The notes beneath the pieces are model-generated. The model was not told the DNA's origin, did no database searches, and saw nothing but the letters and a program-made list of their open reading frames with translations. Below are positions 1 to 12,300 of a stretch of DNA of 64,000 bases, piece after piece. The stretch is from Hormiphora californensis. Lineage: Eukaryota > Animalia > Ctenophora. Position numbers and translations under genes: made by a program. Every line of letters starts with the position of its first letter. Position 1 is the stretch's first letter. The stretch spans positions 7,440,001 through 7,504,000 of the forward strand of contig CM035360.1 of NCBI GenBank assembly GCA_020137815.1. Reading direction: 5' to 3'.

Positions 1-182
1 CTGTAGTAATACATCTCACTGGCAGAATATAGTAAAGCATCGGAGAGTCGCTTGACTCCCCTCTAGGCCGGCTACTATTATAGTATATAACTTATATATA
101 ACTTATATGACATGTCTACTGATCTCTCAAAGTCGGACCAAAATTTCTCAACGACCGTACCCGTTTCAACTATTATATTTAC

Positions 183-304
183 CTGACTTGTTGGCCGTAT
201 TTTCCACTCCGTTTGGTACGCTCTCTCCCAATGCTTGTCTTCTAATCTGCATCTTTATTGCATCACCTTGTTTTGTAAAGTCTCCTTCTTCATTGAAAAC
301 ATGA
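183..304 (-). CDS. Isolated putative internal exon of an unidentified gene
   Basis: Pyrimidine tract+CAG acceptor and GTAAAT donor bound an open 122-nt frame (HVFNEEGDFTKQGDAIKMQIRRQALGESVPNGVENTANKS); no neighbouring exons identified. Confidence 0.3.
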
Positions 305-813
305 CTGTAAAATGGGGGGATTATATGCAACACTGCAATTGTATGCAACCCACCCAGAGAGACATGCAAATGTTGTAGAGACAGAGAGAGAAAGATAGAG
401 GCTATATAATATAGAGACACAGAGAAGGCGGAATTTAACTGATGATGTTGATCAATTGAACTAGATCCATATCCGTTTCCTAATTGTACAATTGTAGTAT
501 CTGAGTTAATTTAATTAGATCTGTAGCTGTGTTTAAAATATCAAAACGGTGAGATAAGAGAGGGATCATATGTGGTTACGTAGATTACAGAAAAGTAAGT
601 ATAAACGTGAGAAACAAGATAAAGTTATGTCATTACGAGATTTAAGAAAATTAGATACACTATATCATACAGATATGACCACGAATTAAAATTATAATCG
701 ATGATGAAACTGAAAATTAAAAACGAGCTTAGCTTAGATCTTTCAAGGATACTGACATTATAGTTATACACCGGATATTGATAGTTTCGACATTTGTTCT
801 GATATTAGATATA

Positions 814-884
814 CAGTCGCACCCTGATTTACCGGTATAATACTCGGTGGAAAGGGAATTTCCCGGTAAATCGGGGTCCGATTG
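814..884. mobile_element. Degenerate short Tc1/mariner-type MITE (same family as 2948-3119)
   Basis: TA-CAGTCGCACCCTGATTTACCGG ... CCGGTAAATCGGGGTCCGATTG; imperfect TIRs matching the intact copy. Confidence 0.65.
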
Positions 885-1593
885 AATTCGGTATGTTCCC
901 TGTCAACGCCCAGATTTTGTGATATATTTTCTGTTGATGACAGCCCGCCCTTCTGCAGTACTGCACATATTTCCCTCCCAAAAGTGACTTGCAATTTAGC
1001 TGACAGCGAAAGATAGAGAGAGAGAGAGAGAGAGAGATAAAGAGAGCTCTTGCAGCTGTTATTAGTAGTCACAGTTGTTTGTACAGTAATGTTTTTATGG
1101 GTGGCATGGGGAGGGGGGCGGGGGAGAGCGCTCATGTAGAATTAGAATTAAACAAATTAAACAATGTTTGATGCTGAGAGTTCTCAGTTGTTCTTGCGCT
1201 CTTGCACAAACACGTCAGATGAAATATTGAAATTAATTAAACAAATTTATAACAGTAATGATGGAATGTGTCTGATCTAAAAGCTTACACTTTTTCACTT
1301 TGATATATCATGATATAACGCTGTTTTGTTGCTGTTTACCCAATCATACTCATGGCCATTTGTATGCTTTGAATATTTGTTGTGAACCTATCGAAATTAC
1401 AAGTTGCTAGAGTGTTTTTTAATTTGCCTGCTGGTCGTGATAATGACATGTGTATTAAGTTTTAGATATAACAAAAGAATTAAATAACTAGATGTAAGCT
1501 GAGATAAAACTTCAAAGCAAAACAGAAAGACTGGACGAGAGCCGAAAGGGTAGCGCGAGCGGTCATACAAAAAAGGGAATCGCATAATAATAA

Positions 1594-1748
<155 letters not shown>

Positions 1749-2115
1749 ATCCCATATTACTTCGCTTCCTCTTTTTGATTTTATGAGGTAACCATGACAA
1801 CACGCTGTGTGTTGGGTCGGCTAGAATTATAACTAACTTATGGCAGATCACGGCCGGAGAAAAATAAGATTAATATCATACCCTCAGGTTATAAGTCTGA
1901 GTCTTTACTATAGAAAGAAATTAGTCTTGGCTTGTTACTCAACTCAAGTCTTGGTTCATGAATCTTCCCTCTCTGGTTCCCTTTTCTACCTAACTCAAAA
2001 CTATTTAACGATGCAGATACCTATGATTCACTTTCGGATTCTCTGTCTCCCCTTCCTCCCCTAGGATCTATTTTATTTAACCAAGCAGAAATCAACTATA
2101 GATCTTATACAGACT

Positions 2116-3547
2116 CACAGTGGTTTTTCGGTGGACATAGGAAAAAAATATTTTTTTCTAAAAATGGTTCTATCCGATAGATATTAGTCCATAGAGTTGT
2201 ATGCCATGCGACCCACCGATTGATTGCTTCAGAATCGATGCGTTATTTGAGTTTTTCGTCATTTTTGACTGTCATTTTTGACTGTCTTTTTTGACTGCCA
2301 TTTAACTTGCAGGGTTTTAGGACGAGACGAAAAATAGACTTATTCTTCAATGTATGTTGTCTTGGAAGGGCAATTATATGAAATTTCAAAATTTTTGGAA
2401 ATTTTTGAAATTTTTTTTCGGAAAGTCATTTTTCAGCCAAAAACGAAACATAAAGCTATGTCATACACAGAGTCGTCATGAGTCGTCACGGGAGACCAGT
2501 TTTATTTGAAAGGCCTGACAAATATCTATCTTTTGGTGTATGGGGCACTTCTCCGAAACGATCCGAAAATTGGGTAAAATAGCGTTGAAGGAAGCGTGTT
2601 TTTCACTTTGAAAAAATGATTTTTTATAAATGAGTAGCTGAGGCCTGACTTGACATGTTTTCCGACCTATTTTTGCACGTTAAGTCGATTGCCATCAATA
2701 TCGGAGCTCTAAAACTATTGCATCATACGGCTATTTGCTATTTTGTGAAAAAATCCATTTTTAACCAAAATACGAAACAAATAACAAAAAAGCGTTTTTC
2801 GCCTTTTCACTTCTTATTCAGGCTCATAATTTTATCAGCAATCGATTTTTCGTCCAAAACAAGTGTGGGATATAACATGCAAAACATCTTAGTAACTGCA
2901 TTTTGAAAGAAATCTTAAAAACTGGCAATTCTTAGTCTTCATAAATACAGTCGGACCCCGATTTACCGGGCCCCGATTTACCGGAACCCCGATTTACCGG
3001 GACGATAAAATTCCCCCTATCTAGGAAATTATCGGTAATTGACCCCGATATACCGGGCACCCCGATTTACCGGTCAAAACTCTTTCCCCCAAGCATCCCG
3101 GTAAATCGGGGTCCGACTGTAGAACAAAAATTAATCAAAATAGATAAAATTTTCAAATCTAGCCAAAAAATGTCCAAAATTTCATTTTAAAATGTTTTCA
3201 GCTTTCTCTCTCATCATCTTGACCACTTTTTTGCAAATTAACGACGAAAAAAGACGAAAAAACGGTTTTTGACCCCTTTCCTTTAGGTAAATCGTCTTAA
3301 TTTTATCAGCAATCGATTCCTCGTCAAAAATTAGTCGGGGGTGACTACCTAAATTTATGCTTTGAAAAAAATTTTTTTCCAGCACCATAATGATTCGCCG
3401 ATATCTCCGTAACCTTTCAACCTAGAGCTTTGAAACTATGTGGAAACGTATTTTTTGCATCGGTTTACCCTAGGAACTACCCCATGTGATCCAAACATGT
3501 GTTGATCTACCCTATGTCACCTTACCCCCCTCAAAATTACCACTGTG
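2116..3547. mobile_element. Non-autonomous Transib/RAG-like DNA transposon with RSS-like 12/23 ends
   Basis: 5-bp TSD AGACT (2111-2115, 3548-3552); termini CACAGTGGT...ACCACTGTG; internal ACATAGG 12 nt (left) and 23 nt (right) from the heptamer; no transposase ORF. Confidence 0.85.
2948..3119. mobile_element. Tc1/mariner-type MITE nested in the Transib-like element
   Basis: TA TSD; TIR CAGTCGGACCCCGATTTACCGGG / CCCGGTAAATCGGGGTCCGACTG; internal CCCCGATTTACCGG repeats. Confidence 0.9.
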
Positions 3548-5365
3548 AGACTGAGACATGAAGACTAAGTTCATCTACCGGCGTGGCCATGCAATTACTT
3601 TAACCATTATAATGCAGAGCTATAAACGGTCAAGGAAAGCATCACTTATCATCAGCAACCACCTTAAAGATCACGATTTAGCTTCATATAAGGTTGACAT
3701 TATTTTATATCACGATCCTTCATGAAATATAATGAGCGTCATGGTTAGGAAGGTCTCTCTTACCATCTGCAGCTGTCTAGTGCAGAACTGTCCAATCACA
3801 ACGGAGGGAAGCTGCTGCAGTGGGGCATGAAATTCAGCTTATATACCAGGTGTAGAAGATAAGATGGAAGCTTGATAAACAGCTTGAGATAAGTGGTTTT
3901 AAAGCGACTAGTGTTATATGATGCAAACTCTCGCTTCGGTTTACATCGAGTAGTTTTATCATTCCCATGCCAAGAAAGCAAGAGAGAGAGAGAGAGTTGA
4001 GAGACTATATATAAGAGAGATATATACGAGAGAGGGGACGGGGAGAGAGAGGAGGCCCGAGACATATTGTCATGCATTCAATCACTTTAACAGACGCTAT
4101 AACTATAGTCTACAAGTTATGACATATATTGGTATACAAAAATAGATAAAAGTTGGCTGTATCACTATCCGACTCAAAGGAAAACAACAAAATATGTAAA
4201 ATATCCGGCCATTAGAGAATCAGTGAGATACAGATACAATTATCTGAGCCATTATACTAGCAGTATACACAATTCGATCCAACTAGGAATTCTTGTTGCT
4301 ATTGCCAACCATTCAACCAGTGAAATTGAAAGAATGGAAAACTGAAAGAGACAAATTTAGAGGACTGCAAGTGCAACTATCATATTATGCGAGTAGAGAG
4401 AAATCAGAAAGTTTCTGATTTCCGAGAAAGGCTGAATGGGATTGCAATTTCATTAAAACGAAATACGATAGTTTTCGTTGAACAACTCGAGTAGATACCA
4501 AGATCATTCGTCATTCGTCAAACATGTACGCGAACATGAGTGGTATGAAGATGTAATAAACCCAGAATCTGCAGAACCATGATAGCAATTCACTGACTCT
4601 CAGCTGCTCGCATCATCATGGTATCAGCATGTGAAGTCGTGATCAAGAATGATTCTGAAATTCATCTGGTAGATCATTAATATATTCAGAATCTATATAC
4701 AAGGTGGGCCACGGATTGTGAGTAAGGGTTAGCGAGGTGATCGGCTGAGTCATGTTTCTATGTACTATTGGCTGTCTCGAGTACTAAATTGTTTTACTTT
4801 TTGGTAACAAATCTGGTACAATCCTTTACAAAATAATATATCTGTCTTGCAATACCCGCCACCTGTGTCACTAGGTGATCAATACAGCAGTAGGTGCCGT
4901 GTTGACTTTCAAAATAGTCCGAGAGAGTAGTATAGTATCACCTTACCGTTAAATTAATGATGATCATACATTTCTTCTTTTTTTTCGACGTCATTGTCTA
5001 GACAGAATTAACTAAACGAGAAAAAATTAGCTAAAATTCAATCTCCTGTCCTTGTATAATAACTTTTGTCTCTTCTACTGCAATGCCCACGACAGTCACA
5101 GATCTCTCTAATTACCGAGATCCTTTTCCTTCAATTTCCAGCAGGAATTATGGCCATGTACGTGTTTAAACGCGACCACGTGACAATGTGTAAATTTGTT
5201 ACTAGCAATTTATTGATTTCTGAAAATTCCATTTAATTCGGGATTCTTGGTTGCAATTTGATTTTCGTGAAAATCTTTTTTTTTACCAGTTCCAAGTATC
5301 GTTAATGAATTCCATACCGATAGATAGAGAGCGAGAGATAGAGATAGACATAGCGATAGAGATAG

Positions 5366-5436
<71 letters not shown>

Positions 5437-5821
5437 CACAGGGAAGATATACTCAGATGTATGAAGTGATGGCAAGTATATATCGGTGGCTAATGTCTAT
5501 CAATTAGCACAAGCAGCTATATAACATGATGTAACGCAAAAAAGCTTGTTCCTACACGATTCTGTAAAACTACCATGATACTAGTATCATGTAGTTTTAC
5601 AGGCAGCTGCCTTGTTGTTGTGACGCCATGCCTTCATTTCACTTAATTAATTGAGCTGGGCCCTTTCAGTTGTCCCAGTTGGGATTGGATCAAAGGTCAT
5701 ATCTGCAGAGATACGTATCTTTACCAACTCAACCAATCTGCGATATCTTGACCGATCTTTGGGAAGAGAGCCAAAATAAGATAATGGAAACAGGGATGGA
5801 TACGATATTTTCTATCTTTCT

Positions 5822-5925
<104 letters not shown>

Positions 5926-5927
5926 CC

Positions 5928-5968
<41 letters not shown>

Positions 5969-6389
5969 CCCTCTCTCTATTTCTCCATCTTATTCTCTCT
6001 CCGACATGACCAATTAATTTCCGCATATCGTCTCGGAGTGACGGCGTGGTCTCATTGAATTGATGGAATTGGGACAATCTCATCAGACATCAGTCAGACA
6101 TGTTATTGTCATTTTCATTCATTGGCTGTTCTGCCATTTGTCATCTCATTAAGAGTACCGCCTACTATAATTATACTCCCAAGTTCAGTTCTGTAACCGT
6201 TTGTTAGGATTTTGACCGGGACTGATCAAATTTGAAACTCTCTCAGTTGAATTTCAACAACTCAGTTCATGGCTCATGCTGGATTTGTTTTACCTAAGTT
6301 ATGGTTTCTTGAACCTTCACAATATATCGACCGTTCAACCTTCTTCTCAAATGTAGGGTAACAAGGGAAAAAACAAGAGCTATGAAGCG

Positions 6390-9300
6390 ATGACGGAGAT
6401 ATTTCTACTTTTTCTCCTTCTCCTCCGACCAAACCTAGCACATGGTAAATATCACCCGGTATTGAAGCCGTGGTGGTCGATTAAAACCTCCTTTCTTACA
6501 GTCACACTGGCTGAGATGTTGTCTCGTGGTCAAAAATCCTAACTCAGATCACTTTATAAAATCTCTCTCTCCCCTGTTACAGTAGTGTGGAACAGAGTGA
6601 CCAACTCGTGTCCGGACCCGAGTTGTTCCCAGTTAACGGCAGACAGTAACAACACCATACCGTACTTGGAGGTGAAGTTCACTCCCGACAGAACTGATAA
6701 CGAGCTGCATGTCAGGAGATTCGTAAGTAAAATCTCGTAATAAATCTTCGTAATAAAGTAACTCCACCCAAACCCTGTCACCTACAAACCCCAACCTCCA
6801 AACCATCATTTCCACCCCGTCCACCCTCTACAACTAAACTATTAGAAATTGCAGGGCGTCATGGGCATAATACATTGATATATCATATTGACTCACATCA
6901 GGAGGTAAACGTAACAAAACGTTATCATTAGGAAATTTGTCTCTCATTGATTTGTTCACACCCTTTTCGGGGAAACAGGGTCTAGCAAGGCAATATGCAG
7001 TTTCATACCCTATACAGATCTCAAACATATCTCATTGGGATATTACAAATGCAATCATCTCTCGGCGAGTATAACATGAGCAATGAGCATATAGAAATAA
7101 CTGCTAGGTTGTTGAGAAACAACAACTACTACTAGGGGGCAGAAAGCAATCAATTTGTAGGGACCCAGCCCACACGGCCACACGCCTCAACCAAACTAAT
7201 CCGAGAGGACAGCGATCACTCTACAGAAATATAGGAGAGAAAGGTGTTGGAAGAGTACAACGAGGCTATACTGCTCATTTTGTAAAAAGAAAAGGACAAT
7301 CTGTATACCCCCTTCATCTAGAATTTCTAGTAGAAGAATATAAATTTAACGTACTCCACCTCTCTCTACTGCCTGCTGCTAGAAGTAGTCAACTGTTCAA
7401 AATGTCGGCTGGTGTCTTATAGGTGGTTAAAGTGAGTTAAAACTAGTAGTCTTGCGAATAAAATTTTATTTCAGAGGGAGAGAGGGAGAGAGATAGACTA
7501 GATGGTGAGGGATGATCTGATGATCGTGAAGAGAGGCTTCGCTGGGGGTATAGTAGAGTATCATACGAGCAAGGTATATAATAGAACTGACCGCCGCCAC
7601 TCAATATAGTTAACTAGTGTGTGTGTGAGATACTAAGGGAGAGATTGAGGGAGTGAGATTGACTTGGAGAGACAGGGAGGCAAGCGACAACCTGCAGTCT
7701 GACTCTGATCACATGTGTTCGAAAACTGATCAGTATTTTTAGCTGGAATTGATTAGGAAGATAGGAATAAAAAATACTGGTTCATAATAAAAAAGACTTG
7801 TCTGGCGGCGCCGATCCGATCTGACCGCTTTTTTGCGGGTCGGTGCAGTCAGACAGCGAGCATGCGACTCAACTGACTCGCAAAGCTCAGTGAGTGAACT
7901 ATATTCCCACTTGCAGATTGAGAATATAGTTCTACCTTCTATTTAAAAAGGCTCCGCAGTCCGCACAAACATATAATTGGCCTAACTTGTGTTGAGTAAG
8001 GGGTAACAGAACATATATCCTAACTGCTATTGATCATTTATGCACATTCTTTCATTCAAATTTCACTCTGAGTGGATAAAAGGAAATGAATGACTCTCCT
8101 GCAGTCATATAACAGCTGTCCTACTCCTATCACAGTTCTCTTCTTTCTTTTTCATTCTCTCGAGAGAAGCTGCAATGGTTTAGATAGAGAGTAGAGACTC
8201 TGCTGCAATGAGAGTATGTCAGTCTCTATCTAACCACTGCTGCACGGGCACCTGTATATATGTGTTTGTCCCTAATGATCGGTACAGGTCTTTGTGGTGT
8301 CATGTCCATGATATCATACATTATACGAATCGGAATATTCAATCCCTTCAAGTTTAAGCTCTCGATAGAGAAAAATAGGTTTTTGAATCAAGAGAACTAT
8401 TCGCTATTTGTCAGAGTGACGTGAACGAATCTCAGCCAGCTAGTGAAAGACTAAGATTATATCTTCCCCTACTACCTTTCTTTCCCAGTGGGAAAGAAAG
8501 GTAGTAGGGGAGAGTTCTCTAAACTCTATAATCCCCTCTCTCTCCCATTCACAGCTGTGGTTCTACGACTCAGACAGTGTACAGCGTGCCCGGTTTATGT
8601 GGGCAGAAGAGGAGAGCTATACGTTCCGGGTGGAGACGGAGTGCGGGAGGGTTATGCAGTCGTCTAGTAATGTAACGAATTCAGGGAAGGAGAGGACTTT
8701 TATATTCAGAGGATCAGATACAGGTTTAATAATGCAACACCATGCTACTTCCAGCTAGAGTAGTCTACAGCTGTTCGACCGTGTGTACTTATCCCTTTGA
8801 GGGCGATAGGTCATATATGACACGGTCCATTCTAGACCGTCTGGGAGGCGCTACATGATGTCTAGATGGCTAATTTTTTGTCACAAGCTAGTTTTAGGGA
8901 TTTTGAACCCAAAACCACGTCCAAATCTGCTGGGAAAATCGAAGAAATTTTTTTATGGCCCTTCTCGGGAGGCTAATTTAGGCCTTTTTTTAAAAACCCC
9001 TCTCAAATTTTTGTTTTTGAGGGGCACAAATAATCCTTTGAAGGGATAAAACTACTTGACATAACAAATTGAATGCAAAAAACCGCATCAAAAAATATTG
9101 AAAATTGAATGAGTTATTAACGTTCTAGTCGTTGTATCATATATGACTCTATCGTCCGTAAGGGAATTCTAGTAACAAATGTCATTTGTGCAAAAGTATG
9201 GATCCAATAGTCAAATTTTATGCTTTGAGGCAGTCTATAGCTTTAATTTCTACAATCTTGAACGGTTTTTACTAGAAAAATACCCCAAATTCTTCATTTT

Positions 9301-12300
9301 GTATCATATATGACTCTATCGTCCCAATTGGTAAACTCTCCAAAAACATCCATAACTCGGGCTAGAAAAGGAGCTAAGAGTCAAATCAGGGCACTAAACT
9401 GTGTAGAATCATCGCATTAGTGGGGGTAGAGCACATATTTAGGTCGCTATCTTGCCCCCTAATTGAGATAATTGGATAATTAGCCAATTATCTGTCCCGC
9501 GCATGCTAATAAATGAAACTTTGCTCTGGGAAGGAGTTATGAGGCAAATGGGGGCACTAAAATGTGTAGAATCATCACATTAGTGGGGTTAGAGCAGATA
9601 TTTAGGTCTCTATCTGAACCCCTAATTGAGATAATTGGATAATTAGCTAATTAGTTGCCCTCCAGCGCTAAGAAATTAAGGGTACACCTCGGCAAAATTT
9701 TTGTCGAGTGCCCGCTTAGCTCTCCATATGGGGTTGTAGGGCATACCAAGCCGACCTCAAATATGCAATTTTAGCCCTTAACTCGAATTCATATTTTTGC
9801 TACAGCCCCTCAAAGTTTGACCCTAAAAACCGGTTTTTAAGGTCCCTAAATTTTATTTTTAGGGCTAGAAAGCTGAAAATTTAGGGATTCATAGAGGATA
9901 CCAAGGTGTATAGCTCAAACAGAAATTTTTTGAAATGGAGCTCAATTTTTTGTCAGAGACTATTTTACTTTTTTTGACTTTGAGGCCATATTTGGACATG
10001 TTCCTATGGACCGTTAAGGCTAAAAATTGGATATCTGGTGCTCCTAACAATTGTCAAAGTAGCCACAAATTTTCAGGAGGTCCGAATTTGAAATGTGGCC
10101 TACAGGTTTCTTTTTGTAAAGCACATATTTTAGGAAAACTTAAAATGGCTATATCTCAAAAACGGTAGGTCCTAGCGATCTAATTTCGTGCTAAATCGAT
10201 TCAGCGGGTCCGATTTTGGGGGGGTCGTCTCTTAGACATTTTGCTCTAAGTCTAACCGTTTTTTCAGAAATCGTATTTTAAGGTTTGTACATGTTTAGCA
10301 GAAATGCTTCTAGCTAGAGCTAATCTTACCTATTTCTGCTAAACATGTACAAATCTTAAAATACGATTTTTAAAAAAACGGTTAGACTTAGAGCAAAATG
10401 TCTAAGAGACGACCCCCCCAAAATCGGACCCGCTGAATCGATTTAGCACGAAATTAGATCGCTAGGACCTACCGTTTTTGAGATATAGCCATTTTAAGTT
10501 TTCCTAAAATATGTGCTTTACAAAAAGAAACCTGTAGGCCACATTTCAAATTCGGACCTCCTGAAAATTTGTGGCTACTTTGACAATTGTTAGGAGCACC
10601 AGATATCCAATTTTTAGCCTTAACGGTCCATAGGAACATGTCCAAATATGGCCTCAAAGTCAAAAAAAGTAAAATAGTCTCTGACAAAAAATTGAGCTCC
10701 ATTTCAAAAAATTTCTGTTTGAGCTATACACCTTGGTATCCTCTATGAATCCCTAAATTTTCAGCTTTCTAGCCCTAAAAATAAAATTTAGGGACCTTAA
10801 AAACCGGTTTTTAGGGTCAAACTTTGAGGGGCTGTAGCAAAAATATGAATTCGAGTTAAGGGCTAAAATTGCATATTTGAGGTCGGCTTGGTATGCCCTA
10901 CAACCCCATATGGAGAGCTAAGCGGGCACTCGACAAAAATTTTGCCGAGGTGTACCCTTAAATTTGGCGGAGTATACAAGACAAATGGGGGCACTAAAAT
11001 GTGTAAAATCGTCGCCTTAGTGGGGGCAGAGCACATAGCTGAGTTTCTATTCCCGCTCCTAATTGAGATAATTGGATAATTAGCTAATTGACGGTTGCAT
11101 AATGCCCCCTTTTCACCATATACCGTGGTTTCTGGCTAATCCTGAGCTCTTTTGTTCAATCTAAGGATCTTTTGGCATCCCTTTACCCTATTTGTATCAC
11201 TTTTGACTCGTTTTACACAATAATATAGCACTCTATACAACCCTAGACACCGCCTTCAGCTCTTTAGAACCCTCTTGCTTAATCCTAGACCTCTCATAAT
11301 TTCGAGATCCATACACCTTCCTAACCGATTTTTTTTGGGATATCCTATTGCTCCTACAAGACGTTCAACCCCTAATGTACTACAGTTTCCCATTTTATTA
11401 TTGGACACACAGTTTAGATTCCCCCTACATTATTTCTCCTCATCACTCTCACAATCTCATTTGCCACTAAGGAAACTTCTTATGAACTCCATCGGAAATA
11501 AAGATGATCTGTAGAAGGCGTTTAGTATGGTGTATGAGAGGTCTAGCTAGGAGTAGGATGAAGCAAGGGGGTTGTACAGAGCTGAAGGCGGTGTCTGGGG
11601 TTGTATAGAGTGCTATATTATTGTGTAAAACGAGTCAAAGGTGATACAAATGGGGTAAAGGGATGCCAAAAGATCCTTAGATTGAACAAAAGAGCTCAGG
11701 ATTAGCCAGAAACCACGGTATATGGTGAAAAGGGGGCATTATGCAACCGTCAATTAGCTAATTATCCAATTATCTCAATTAGGAGGGGGAATAGAAACTC
11801 AGCTATGTGCTCTGCCCCCACTAAGGCGACGATTTTACACATTTTAGTGCCCCCATTTGTCTTGTATACTCCGCCAAATTTAATTTCTTAGCGCTGGAGG
11901 GCAACTAATTAGCTAATTATCCAATTATCTCAATTATGGGTCCAGATAGAGACCTAAATATCTGCTCTAACCCCACTAATGTGATGATTCTACACATTTT
12001 AGTGCCCCCATTTGCCTCATAACTCCTTCCCAAAGCAAAGTTTCAATTATTAGCATGCGTGGGACAGATAATTGGCTAATTATCCAATTATCTCAATTAG
12101 GGGGCAAGATAGCGACCTAAATATGTGCTCTACCCCCACTAATGCGATGATTCTACACAGTTTAGTGCCCTGATTTGACTCTTAGCTCCTTTTCTAGCCC
12201 GAGTTATGGATGTTTTTGGAGAATTTACCAATTGGGACGATAGAGTCATATATGATACAAAATGTAGAATTTGGGGTATTTTTCTAGTAAAAACCGTTCA

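Noticed and set aside
5670-5810. Open frame after a CAG (SQLGLDQRSYLQRYVSLPTQPICDIL...)
   Set aside because: No donor site or recognisable homology; runs into a microsatellite
9935-10702. Identical 77-aa ORFs on opposite strands (similar pairs at 23582-23963 and 38513-39986)
   Set aside because: By-products of palindromic transposon arms; no protein motifs
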